IMG/VR virus record: IMGVR_UViG_3300002026_000001
Span: 68,837-132,836 of that record
Length of the DNA: 64,000 nucleotides
Source: a virus
Reading direction: 5' to 3' (one strand)
Part shown: one piece after another, positions 48,116 through 57,171 of the stretch
How the letters are laid out: the number at the start of each line of letters is the position of its first letter
How positions within the stretch are numbered: the stretch's first letter is position 1
Program-made: the position numbers and the translations under genes
Notes under the pieces: model-generated
Seen by the model: only the letters and a program-made list of their open reading frames with translations
Databases searched by the model: none
What the model was told of the DNA's origin: nothing

Positions 48116-48556
48116 TTAGTGCGACTTGCCCGGAAACGGTTTTGCTTTTTGCAGGTTGGAAGGTTGACCCTTCTTGACAGGCTTCGCTTCGACCTTCTTG
48201 GCAGACTTGTCGGCCTTCTTGACCGGCTTGTCTTCAACCTTCTTGGCGACCTTGGCGTTGGTCTTTGCGTTGGTCTTTGCGGAGTTCTTGACTTCGGGTT
48301 TGGCCTTGCCAACGACCGGCTTCGCTGCAACCTTGCCGACAACTTTCTTTTGCTCGGGCTTGGCGACCGGCTTTGCGGCGGGTTTCGCGACCGGCTTGGC
48401 GCTGGTCTTTGCATTGCCACTGCCGACGGCTGAAGCCTGAGTTGCGAGGTTGTCGAGTTCGAGTTTCACAGCGTCGACTGCTTTGTTCGCGGAGGCCAGT
48501 TGTTTCTTCGCAACTTCAAGTTGACGAACCAGACGGCTAACGTTACGTGGATTCAT
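48116..48556 (-). CDS. Histone H1-like Lys/Ala/Pro-rich protein
   Basis: N-terminal coiled coil followed by AKPVAKP/KKVE repeats. Confidence 0.7.
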   Translation of the reverse strand: MNPRNVSRLVRQLEVAKKQLASANKAVDAVKLELDNLATQASAVGSGNAKTSAKPVAKPAAKPVAKPEQKKVVGKVAAKPVVGKAKPEVKNSAKTNAKTNAKVAKKVEDKPVKKADKSAKKVEAKPVKKGQPSNLQKAKPFPGKSH

Positions 48557-48652
48557 TTTGTTTCCTTGTCAGTTTGTAAAGTGGTTGTTGATGGTGGTAC
48601 ATGGTTAGTGTACCACCATTTGCTGCCTTTGAGTTAGTGACTAGACTGAAGA

Positions 48653-49888
48653 TCAGTTGTCGTCGTCATCACCCCACTCGTCGCCGTCGTCATCACCGGC
48701 GTCGTCATCATCGTCATCACCATCTTCGTCGTCGGCATCATCGTCGCCGTCTTCGTCGCTGTCTTCGTCGGCATCATCGTCGCCGTCTTCATCGTCAGCA
48801 TCGCCGTCTTCGTCCCAATCATCAGAGTCGTCGGCATCACCGTCTTCGTCGTCAGAATCACCGTCTTCGTCGTCAGAATCACCGTCTTCGTCGTCAGCAT
48901 CAGCGTCGTCAGCCCACTCTTCATCGTCGCCTACGCCGTCGTCTTCGTCGTCAAGGTCGCCGCCGTCGTCGCCAAGGTCGTCGTCATCGAGACCTTCATC
49001 ATCGTCGTCACCGTCCTCGAAATCGTCGTCGGCTTCAACCTTCTTGGAACGCTTGGCCTTCGGTGCAACACCGGCTTCTTCGACCAGTTCGATCTGGACG
49101 TCAATGTCGGCGCGATTGTTGGTGTTGACGATAACACGTTCGCCTTCGGTCGTCGCGATCTGCACGATGCCGCCTTCGAGGTATTCGACTTCACCTTGGT
49201 ACTGGTTGAGAGTCAGAGTGCGATAGACTTGGATGGATGCTTCTTCGCCTTCGTTGCCCTTGATTTCAACAACGTCACGCATCGAGAAGTTGGAGATAAG
49301 CTGCTCACCAGTCGACTCGGAAACGTGGCGGAATGCAACGCTTTCGGTATTGATTGAAACCAGTTCGCCGGTCAGTTGAACAACTGTGCGACCGACGATT
49401 GAAACAGTGTAAGCACCGTCGACGCCGCTGCTCTTGGTCTTGCGAGTACGTTTTGCCGGAGCTTCTTCGACAACCTTGCGAGTGCGACGTGCAGGTGCTT
49501 CCTCGGCAGCCTTGCGGCGACGTGCAGGTGCTTCCTCGGCAGCCTTGCGGCGACGCGTCGGTGCAACTTCTTCAGCAGCCTTGCGACGACGCGTCGGGGC
49601 TTCTTCAACAACCTTGCGAGTGCGACGTGCAGGTGCTTCCTCGGCAGCCTTGCGGCGACGCGTCGGGGCTTCTTCAACAACCTTGCGAGTACGTTTTGCC
49701 GGGGCTTCTTCAACCTTCGCTGCGCGACGGCGAGTCGGTGCAGCTTCTTCAGCGGCCTTGCGACCACGCTTCGGTGAAACTTCCTCGGCAGCACCGCGAC
49801 GTGTACGTTTGGCAGGAGCCTCGGCAACAGAAGCGCGGCGGCGGGAAGTGGTTGCGGGTGCAGTAGTACGAGCCATTTGAATCTCCAT
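48653..49888 (-). CDS. Bipolar low-complexity protein: basic repeat N-terminus, folded core, Asp-rich C-terminus
   Basis: About 9 (K)AAEEAP(A/T)RRR-type repeats, a ~120-aa beta-rich core, and a ~130-aa D/E/G tract. Confidence 0.75.
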   Translation of the reverse strand: MEIQMARTTAPATTSRRRASVAEAPAKRTRRGAAEEVSPKRGRKAAEEAAPTRRRAAKVEEAPAKRTRKVVEEAPTRRRKAAEEAPARRTRKVVEEAPTRRRKAAEEVAPTRRRKAAEEAPARRRKAAEEAPARRTRKVVEEAPAKRTRKTKSSGVDGAYTVSIVGRTVVQLTGELVSINTESVAFRHVSESTGEQLISNFSMRDVVEIKGNEGEEASIQVYRTLTLNQYQGEVEYLEGGIVQIATTEGERVIVNTNNRADIDVQIELVEEAGVAPKAKRSKKVEADDDFEDGDDDDEGLDDDDLGDDGGDLDDEDDGVGDDEEWADDADADDEDGDSDDEDGDSDDEDGDADDSDDWDEDGDADDEDGDDDADEDSDEDGDDDADDEDGDDDDDDAGDDDGDEWGDDDDN

Positions 49889-49954
49889 TCTATGAATAAA
49901 GGGTTTTGTTACATCTTACAACGATTAGTGGTTTACAGTTTTACTTGTCGCAGC

Positions 49955-51001
49955 TTATTCCGCTTCCGCATCAGCCTCGTCGGAAGGTTCCGGTGAAATA
50001 AGTGCAACGTCACAACCGTATCCAAACAGCTTGTCAACATCACCGCTGTGGACCCAGTTCTGAACTCCGCTTTCTACGCTTGCCTTCGACATAACGTAGT
50101 ACCCTTGATCGGCAACCAACACGTCGATCAAATTTCTGGTACGCTCTTCGGTAAAGTTGTTGCTGTCGATGCCGACGATAACGTGATAGCCGATCTTGTC
50201 AGCAATGCCAAGCCGCTGCAACGTGCGCTCAAGATACTTGTACGCGTTGTTGACGAAGTTGTGCGGCTCTTTGCTGTCGTAAAAGGCAGCAGCATTGACG
50301 ATAATATTTACATTTACCATGTAGTTGGTAACGCAAGCATCGTCGTCAGTCTGTGTAACGTGCCAAGCTTTGACGCTGAATAGGTCGCCAAACGTAATCG
50401 TGCGTGGAACTTCAACGCCGTCGACAACGATTGGCACTGCCAGCAAGTTTTCCGTCGGAAGCAGTGGGAACAACTGCTGCTCGATGTTGCTGCGAACCGT
50501 TTCAACGAAACCGGAAATAACAGCTTCGGCATTTTCAGGACCGCCAAGAAAGACGACGTTCTGTCCAAGAACCGAAAATGCGTTTTTGGCAAGAGTCGCC
50601 AAACACTTGCGAAGCAGACCTTCGCCAGTATTCTTGTCGGCATCGGAGCGCACAAATGGGTTGTAGAAATTCCATTCAGTGCTGCCACCTTCAGAGCCAA
50701 GGTCAATTTCAACACTCTTCAAACCGCGTTGACCTTTGACGAGTTCAAACCCGTCGTTAATGGTGAGGTTGAGAGACATACTCATCGTATGACCCATAAC
50801 CCGTTCTTCAACAACCGGCGCGGGTACAACCGGCGCGGGGATTTCGCCAAGCTCACGAATGCCGCCGATTGTAACTACCGGCGTAACAGGTGAAGCGTTG
50901 ACCGCGTGCATTTCAAGTTGCGCGTCTTCAGTGACGAGGTTGGAATCGAAATTAACAGCACCAGAAGAACCGGGCGTGCCATTTGTGGTTTGGTCGTTCA
51001 T
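49955..51001 (-). CDS. Hypothetical protein
   Basis: 348 aa, SD AAGGAG. Confidence 0.65.
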   Translation of the reverse strand: MNDQTTNGTPGSSGAVNFDSNLVTEDAQLEMHAVNASPVTPVVTIGGIRELGEIPAPVVPAPVVEERVMGHTMSMSLNLTINDGFELVKGQRGLKSVEIDLGSEGGSTEWNFYNPFVRSDADKNTGEGLLRKCLATLAKNAFSVLGQNVVFLGGPENAEAVISGFVETVRSNIEQQLFPLLPTENLLAVPIVVDGVEVPRTITFGDLFSVKAWHVTQTDDDACVTNYMVNVNIIVNAAAFYDSKEPHNFVNNAYKYLERTLQRLGIADKIGYHVIVGIDSNNFTEERTRNLIDVLVADQGYYVMSKASVESGVQNWVHSGDVDKLFGYGCDVALISPEPSDEADAEAE

Positions 51002-51064
51002 TTGAATCTCCTTATGTGACAGTTGTGTATTTACAGTTTTCAGGAACAGGGTTTGCAGACCTTG

Positions 51065-51379
51065 TCAGTGGACAGTGTCTTCGGTTTCGGAATCCAACAC
51101 CAGATAGATGTCATCATCCGACTGTGCAGCAATGGAAACGATTTCAGCAGAAGCACCTTCAAAACCAAGTTGCGCGACGATTGCGTCGATGTGCTTCCCA
51201 ACATACGCGGTGAACTCAACCACCGTCGGGATCGTCGACATCATGTAGATCGACTGGTCAACGGCCTCGTCTTCACCAGTGTCTTCGTCGTCCAACATAT
51301 CCTCGGCATCAGGAACGGTTCCTGCTGAGTGGAGAATAAGAGCAACAAGGTATGTGTGGTTTGCTATTTGCAATTGCAT
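51065..51379 (-). CDS. Acidic hypothetical protein
   Basis: 104 aa. Confidence 0.5.
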   Translation of the reverse strand: MQLQIANHTYLVALILHSAGTVPDAEDMLDDEDTGEDEAVDQSIYMMSTIPTVVEFTAYVGKHIDAIVAQLGFEGASAEIVSIAAQSDDDIYLVLDSETEDTVH

Positions 51380-51417
51380 AACGTTTGTCCTAACATGGAA
51401 AAGGTGTTGCGGGGTGA

Positions 51418-52185
51418 TTAAACGGGGCGGCGAACTTTACGTGCGACGTTTCCAACCTTGCGCGTGTCGGTGAAGTCTTCGTCATCGTCGTCGATGCGAC
51501 GGACAACCTTCTTTTTCAACAGGCTGGTCTTTACAGCTTTTGCGACCGGGGCGACTGGACGCATTGGACGTTGGACCTTGCGCGGTGCTTCAGGTTCAAA
51601 ATCACCATCGTCATCGCCGTCGTCCAAATCTTCTTCGACGACCTTGCGGCGTTTCGGTGCGGAACGTTCGACTTCAGCTTCAGCAGCGCGTGGCCGCGAC
51701 GTCCGTGTAATAGCTGCACGTTTCTGTTCAACTTCCGGTGACATACCGGCGATCTTCGCAAACTGCGGTGGGCAATCCTTACGTGCACACAACTTCTTCA
51801 GCAACGCTTTTGTCAATTCGCCGCGCTTCGCTTGACCGGCCAGCTTCTTCCACACGCCTTCAGTGATGTGCAAGAACAGTGGTGCTTTCTTCAGCATGAA
51901 TGGAATGTCGTCAGCGAAGTCGCTCGACGAAAGGATCAGGTCTTGCGCAGCCGGGCAGAGAAGTTCTGCAATCAACTTGACCGCACGTGCATCAGCTTCA
52001 ATGAACGCTGTCTGAATGGCCGGTGCAATTTTCGGCATGTCCTTGATGCAACGAACAACGCTTGCTTGCAACTTCTTCGGCGCGTCACCCCAGTACTTGA
52101 AAATGTACTTCAGTTCGATAGGCGTAAACTCGTCACCGTTTTGAATCAGGTCGTCAAGCTTCTCAAGGGTTCTTGCTGTTGCCAT
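51418..52185 (-). CDS. Hypothetical protein with a charged disordered C-terminus
   Basis: 255 aa, SD AGGAG. Confidence 0.6.
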   Translation of the reverse strand: MATARTLEKLDDLIQNGDEFTPIELKYIFKYWGDAPKKLQASVVRCIKDMPKIAPAIQTAFIEADARAVKLIAELLCPAAQDLILSSSDFADDIPFMLKKAPLFLHITEGVWKKLAGQAKRGELTKALLKKLCARKDCPPQFAKIAGMSPEVEQKRAAITRTSRPRAAEAEVERSAPKRRKVVEEDLDDGDDDGDFEPEAPRKVQRPMRPVAPVAKAVKTSLLKKKVVRRIDDDDEDFTDTRKVGNVARKVRRPV

Positions 52186-52245
52186 GATAAATCTCCTAAC
52201 AGGTTTTGTTTAATAAAGTTACGTGGCTTACAATTACGGGTTGCG

Positions 52246-52824
52246 TTACTTAACCACGCGAATCGACGTTGGCCGAATCGACATCTTCGGCGCTGCTGCT
52301 TTATGTGTTGCTGTAGGTGCTTCCGTCGGTTGCGGTGCAGCACCTTCGACCTTGACGCGTTTCCATTTAGAATCACGCTTCGACCAACGTGCTACGGGGA
52401 CTGGCTTGTTGAAAACGTACATGCTGCCCGTCAACGAGTAAGCCAAACTCTTGAAAATGTATCCGCCAAGTGCGTCAAACTCAGAAGGCGAGCATTTGAC
52501 AGCCCCACTCAACTTCTCGAACACGCGACGTTCAGAAACCTTGTGATGTTCGTCACCGTCTTCCAACTGGCGACGTTCAAAATAGTACAGAGAGACCGGT
52601 TTCTCCAAAGCCTGAAACTTCGATCCGGCCAAACGCATCGCCTCAATAACGTCGAGCAAGTTTTCGGCTTGCACCATGACGCCTTTTGCTGTCGGCTTCA
52701 ACGTGCCGTCGCCGTCAGTGTAATAATTGCGAACGTCGACATAGTCGCGCCCTTTGAATTGTTTCGCTTCGACGCAGATACGCATCCGGCCATTGTCGAT
52801 AATCGTGGAGTCGTCTTGTGACAT
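52246..52824 (-). CDS. PC4/p15-like ssDNA-binding domain protein
   Basis: VEAKQFKGRDYVDVRNYYTD.DG.LKPTAKGV is the PC4 signature; start MSQDD at 52824. Confidence 0.8.
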   Translation of the reverse strand: MSQDDSTIIDNGRMRICVEAKQFKGRDYVDVRNYYTDGDGTLKPTAKGVMVQAENLLDVIEAMRLAGSKFQALEKPVSLYYFERRQLEDGDEHHKVSERRVFEKLSGAVKCSPSEFDALGGYIFKSLAYSLTGSMYVFNKPVPVARWSKRDSKWKRVKVEGAAPQPTEAPTATHKAAAPKMSIRPTSIRVVK

Positions 52825-53091
52825 AGTATCCTCATTTACAGTTTGTAAAATTTCAAAATTGATTGCGATTCGCGACCGCATTCATGGCTGCAACTGATTT
52901 TTCATATTCTGTTTTTGCAACTTCCAACTCTTGCGCTTGCTTTGCAACTTGTTCCAACAGCCGGTCTAGCTTAAACCTCTCAGCGGCCATTTTCGCATAC
53001 GCCCGTTGGCGCGTATGGTCCAGCACCATTAACAGTACACCATTTTCCGATATATGAACCGTTGATACCTCAACGTGTGCCATGTCGAAAC

Positions 53092-53490
53092 CTAGTGGAT
53101 AGATCCATCACGATGAAACAACTTCTTCGCGTAGGTCAGACTATGCTGCGAGTCAGAGTACAAAAACAATGAATCGTTTAAAACCTCGTGACCGCTTACC
53201 AATGTCGACGAACACAACTCGTGAAGATGCAAACCGTCAAAGTATTCTTGCGCTGCAAACTCAAGATCGTCGCCAAGACTGACGACGTTGCCATTGTGCA
53301 GCATGTCGCAATCCTGCGTATCGTTCACCCATTTTGCAATTTCGGGCGTTGTGACCATGTCATGCACCATGAGCACGCGACTGCCGTCGATAAACATCAG
53401 CAACATAACGTTTGGTACAAACTTCGCATAGTTGAAGTTGATTGAAACAGGGAGCGGTGAAGAAACAGTTTCAAAACTAATAGATGACAT
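53092..53490 (-). CDS. Hypothetical protein
   Basis: 132 aa. Confidence 0.5.
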   Translation of the reverse strand: MSSISFETVSSPLPVSINFNYAKFVPNVMLLMFIDGSRVLMVHDMVTTPEIAKWVNDTQDCDMLHNGNVVSLGDDLEFAAQEYFDGLHLHELCSSTLVSGHEVLNDSLFLYSDSQHSLTYAKKLFHRDGSIH

Positions 53491-53775
53491 TTGAAAAGCC
53501 TCCGGTTGAAAAAGCCAAGTAGAGAAAAAATCACAACGTCCAAAGTTGGCGCGTTGGGCTTTTACCCTTTAGGAAGGTGGAATATTAGCGGGTAGCGATT
53601 ATCCTCGTACCTCCCCGTACCTCCATTTTACAGGAAATCGACCCGGCTGTCAACCCCTTTTTTCAAAGCCCGGTCACAGGCCAAAATAGGCCGATTTTAG
53701 ACGTTGTGTAATTTTGAGGATTTCAGCACAACGGAAAACAGGCGTCAAAAATCGACGCCTGTCTAGGGTTACACG

Positions 53776-55140
53776 TTACTCATTATCGTCATCGCCAATT
53801 TCAGGTGCGTCTGCTTCATCTTCTTTCGCCTTATCAGCTTTGCGGTTGCGGCTGTCCAACTCTTCCTGATTGTACATGTCGAGTCCGACACCTGATGCCA
53901 TTTGGGCAAAACACTTATCACGTACTTGAACAGGTTTCATCCCGGCCTTCGCACAAATCAACTTGATGGTCGCACGGTCGCCAAGAATCAAGCGTTTGAA
54001 GTCCAGCCAACTTATGACGTGTGATGCCTCGTTGCCTTTCAGCTTCAAGAGCATCTTGTTGCGCTTGCCAGTCATCTGACATGTCGACTTGAGATACATA
54101 AACGTGTCGAAGACCGGGTCAAAGCCCTGAGCGTCATTCTTCGCATCAGTGATCCAAAGACGCAACCACGATTCGAGATACGGACGACTGAGTTTGTTCT
54201 TGTGGCCGCGAACGTGAATGTAACGATAGTTGTCGACACCGCCCTTGTGCGTAATTGACGGTTCTTCTTCGATCTGGCCCTTGATGCCTTTCACGACTTC
54301 GCCAATGTCCTCTCTGACCGATGACAGTGCGCGACTTGACCACTTCATGCGAACGTCAGAATACAGCTTGAGGGCTTCACCGCAAGGTTCGTACTCGGGT
54401 GAACCAAACTGCACCATAGGCTTCAACCGCAGTTGGTTGATACCAAGAATGGCAATACGCTTGCCACGCATTTTTCCCTTAACCCGTTTGAGTTGGTCAG
54501 AGAACATACGTGCTTGTGTGGCAATGGCATTGTTTGGATCGTCTACGTCTTGCTTCTCAGGCAGCATGGCCGGGTAGCTGTCAACCAAGACGAGTGCTTG
54601 CATTGTTCCATCAGGAGCCGGAACCCTGTAGAGGCCGGTCTTGCGGAAATAATTGACGTCGTAATTCTTACCGACCAAGGCTTGATTTGCCTTATGCACT
54701 TTGCCGTCAGCGGTCTTTGACTCGTACAGGTAATACCAGTTCTCACCGATCTTTTTCTTGTCCGGCAGCATGCGCTGTAGACGGGCCAGATAGTCAAAGA
54801 ACTTCTCGGCAACTGCTTCAGACTTGTAACGAACACGCGGCGGAACCAACCACTTGCCGGACTTTTCATCACGTATGCCGAAGATGTTTTTGGCGCTACC
54901 CTTTGCGCCCATGTTCCGCATGATGTTGTCCAGATAGTCGGCAGACGCTGAATTGTGCGTCACGACACCGTTTGCAATAAAGCTTTCGGGAAGGTCGGAA
55001 CCAACGCCCGGCACTGTTATGTCGTAGACGTCCTGTACAGCAGCCGCTTCAACTTTCACCACAGTGGAGGTAGTCAGCCCCCACTTCAGAAGGAACGCCC
55101 GTGTTTCTTCGGGACTTTGTGTAACTTGCATGTGTCGCAT
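53776..55140 (-). CDS. recA: RecA/UvsX-like recombinase C-terminal part, fused to split-intein IntC (~60-63 aa)
   Basis: VQDVYDITV...SFIANGVVTHN|S (Asn at 54954-52), then SASADY, Walker B LVLVDSYPAM, QARMFS, INQLR, GEALKLYSDVR, KNKL. Confidence 0.88.
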   Translation of the reverse strand: MRHMQVTQSPEETRAFLLKWGLTTSTVVKVEAAAVQDVYDITVPGVGSDLPESFIANGVVTHNSASADYLDNIMRNMGAKGSAKNIFGIRDEKSGKWLVPPRVRYKSEAVAEKFFDYLARLQRMLPDKKKIGENWYYLYESKTADGKVHKANQALVGKNYDVNYFRKTGLYRVPAPDGTMQALVLVDSYPAMLPEKQDVDDPNNAIATQARMFSDQLKRVKGKMRGKRIAILGINQLRLKPMVQFGSPEYEPCGEALKLYSDVRMKWSSRALSSVREDIGEVVKGIKGQIEEEPSITHKGGVDNYRYIHVRGHKNKLSRPYLESWLRLWITDAKNDAQGFDPVFDTFMYLKSTCQMTGKRNKMLLKLKGNEASHVISWLDFKRLILGDRATIKLICAKAGMKPVQVRDKCFAQMASGVGLDMYNQEELDSRNRKADKAKEDEADAPEIGDDDNE

Positions 55141-55187
55141 CCTTTACTAATTTGACAGCATATTTTGATTACAAAGAGGTGTTTGAA

Positions 55188-56141
55188 ATGTTAGACCTAA
55201 CCGTGCAGGAAAAGAGAAAGCTAAAAGCTGTTGTTGCAAACACCAAGCACGCGCCTGACAAATTGCGTGGTGCCTTGATAGCAAAGATGCCGGACCTGTA
55301 CTACACAAGCAAAGAGGTCGGCGAGCAGAATGGCGTGAAATACTCAAAGCTGCTGTATGACGCTTTGTATGGACGCGGGTCTTGTGCCACCTGCGGAAAA
55401 GAGCCAGTGTTCATAAGTATGTTTCAAGGGTACAAGAGGTTTTGCTCAAACTACTGTCTAGGTACAAGCCCCGAAATACAGGAGCAGAAAAAAGCGAAGT
55501 GCAGAGCTACCACAGGTTTCGATTACCCTATGCAAAGCAAGCGCGTCAGAACCAAGTCTAGAAAAACTGTGCAAAAGCACTACGGTGTCGACAACGTAAG
55601 TCAGGCGAAAGAAGTCCAAGACGCAAAAATCGCAACGTTTTACCAACGGTACGGGTATAGCAATTCGTCCAAGCACCCAGACATGAAACGCCTTATAGGT
55701 CGCCGCATTGGCAGCAGCCTAGCCAAGAAGAAAATCGTTAACGGGCAGGGAAAACAGTACGTGCTGCAAGGGTATGAACCCCAAGCCTTGAAATACATGA
55801 AACGCTTTTTTAAGTACCGAGACATCCACGGGCAATGCAGTGGAAAGGTGCCGAATTTTGACTACTACTTTGACGGCCGTCAACGCGTATACTTTCCAGA
55901 CTTTTTCATTGACGGTGAAAACTGCATTGTAGAAGTGAAATCTATATACACATTCACCAGAACATCGTCAGTGTTCAGAATGAACAAGGCTAAGGCAAAA
56001 GCCGTTGCCGCTGCCGGGTATGAGTTCAAACTACTGGTCATGCACGAGAACGGCAGCAGAATCAAACCACCACCCTCGTGGACACTAATGAGATACTCAG
56101 AGATTAAAGACTGGGTCGAACAACAAGGCGGTCCCCGATAA
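55188..56141 (+). CDS. Free-standing endonuclease nested antisense within the fractured recA
   Basis: CATC/CSNYC zinc motif, HYGVDNVSQ/RYGYSNSSK repeats, QGYEP, YFPDF...VEVKS; SD AGAGG before ATG 55188 (track start 55152). Confidence 0.8.
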   Translation: MLDLTVQEKRKLKAVVANTKHAPDKLRGALIAKMPDLYYTSKEVGEQNGVKYSKLLYDALYGRGSCATCGKEPVFISMFQGYKRFCSNYCLGTSPEIQEQKKAKCRATTGFDYPMQSKRVRTKSRKTVQKHYGVDNVSQAKEVQDAKIATFYQRYGYSNSSKHPDMKRLIGRRIGSSLAKKKIVNGQGKQYVLQGYEPQALKYMKRFFKYRDIHGQCSGKVPNFDYYFDGRQRVYFPDFFIDGENCIVEVKSIYTFTRTSSVFRMNKAKAKAVAAAGYEFKLLVMHENGSRIKPPPSWTLMRYSEIKDWVEQQGGPR

Positions 56142-57120
56142 CCAAGTCCTCAATGTACTTCCAAACGAGCAGTTCGTCAGAAGTACAAACAAGCTCCTTG
56201 TGCTTATACCCTTCAAGAGTCGAACCGTTTTCAAGATCAATGTGCACGCAGGGCTTTGGGCCTTTGTACATAATTGCCGTGACTTGCTGCGCGCCACATG
56301 GCGTTTCGACCGTTACCTGCATCTTGCTGGTGTCAACTGCTTCGTAGGGTTTCAGGTTCAGGCCAACGAACAAGTCACCAAGATGTTGTTTGACACCGTT
56401 GACGGTAACTTGTGCGTCATACGTCAAACAACCTTCAAAATCGAAGTACGTCAGGATCGGGACATTGCTGTTCAACGCAGCAGACATGATCGTCACTGCG
56501 CCGGTCGTTTTACACGTTTGCTCTTGACCGAAGTTTGTATACCAACCAGCAGTAATACCACCGCCCAAAAGGATGTCCAGCATCAGCATGCCAGTTGATA
56601 GGCGTGCCTCGCTTGGGTCCATTGAGGATTCGGACAGCCCAACCTCACGTTCGATAACGTCAAGAACGTCGTCAAGGTGAGAATATGGATTGAACGCACT
56701 GGACGTTGCTTTCGCATCGTCAATGGCTTCTTTCTTCGTGCGCTTCTTGGGCGGAGCTTCTTCAACCTCGACTTCAGTTTTTGCACGACGCTTCTTTGGT
56801 GCTTCCTCGACGACCTTGGCGCGACGTTTCGGAGCGGGTGCTTCTTCGACGACTTTTGCACGACGTCTTGGTGCCGGAGCTTCTTCAACAGCCTTTGCCC
56901 GACGTTTCGGAGCGGGTGCTTCCTCAACCTTTTTCGTACGGCGTGAAGGTACTTCTTCGACAGCTTTTGTACGACGTTTTGGTGCTGGTTCCGGTTCTGC
57001 CCTAGCGCGATGTTTTGGTGCTGGTTCCGGTTCGGCCTTACGGGTTCGACGAGCCGGAGCTTCTTCAACCGGACGTCGTGATGAACGTTGTTGTTGCCTA
57101 GCCATTGCATCTATCCTCAA
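56104..57120 (-). CDS. recA: RecA/UvsX-like recombinase N-terminal part (with a ~130-aa basic repeat extension), fused to split-intein IntN (108 aa)
   Basis: LSTGMLMLDILLGGG, Walker A GQEQTCKTT, YFDFEG|CLTYDAQV (Cys231 at 56430), block B GSTLEGYKHK, and the IntN-type end WKYIEDLVIGDRLVV. Confidence 0.88.
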   Translation of the reverse strand: MRIDAMARQQQRSSRRPVEEAPARRTRKAEPEPAPKHRARAEPEPAPKRRTKAVEEVPSRRTKKVEEAPAPKRRAKAVEEAPAPRRRAKVVEEAPAPKRRAKVVEEAPKKRRAKTEVEVEEAPPKKRTKKEAIDDAKATSSAFNPYSHLDDVLDVIEREVGLSESSMDPSEARLSTGMLMLDILLGGGITAGWYTNFGQEQTCKTTGAVTIMSAALNSNVPILTYFDFEGCLTYDAQVTVNGVKQHLGDLFVGLNLKPYEAVDTSKMQVTVETPCGAQQVTAIMYKGPKPCVHIDLENGSTLEGYKHKELVCTSDELLVWKYIEDLVIGDRLVVRPSL

Positions 57121-57171
57121 AATGATTTGAGGGTTTGACGTGTTGGGTCAAACCCTCTGAGATACTACGAA

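Larger units (their letters stand above)
1887..55153. promoter_or_regulatory. Recurrent upstream motif CTAATTT (candidate phage promoter, 7 copies across this span)
   Basis: Sense-strand copies at 1887-93, 13520-26, 23518-24, 28405-11, 34820-26 and 46966-72 (minus) and 55147-53 (plus); each lies 26-43 nt before an ATG. Confidence 0.6.

Noticed and set aside
48650-49900. Tandem ~30-36-nt DNA repeats and (GAC/GAT)n tracts as a possible CRISPR array or satellite
   Set aside because: The repeats are in-frame, degenerate at third codon positions, and have no unique spacers; they encode the EEAPxRRR and poly-Asp protein tracts.
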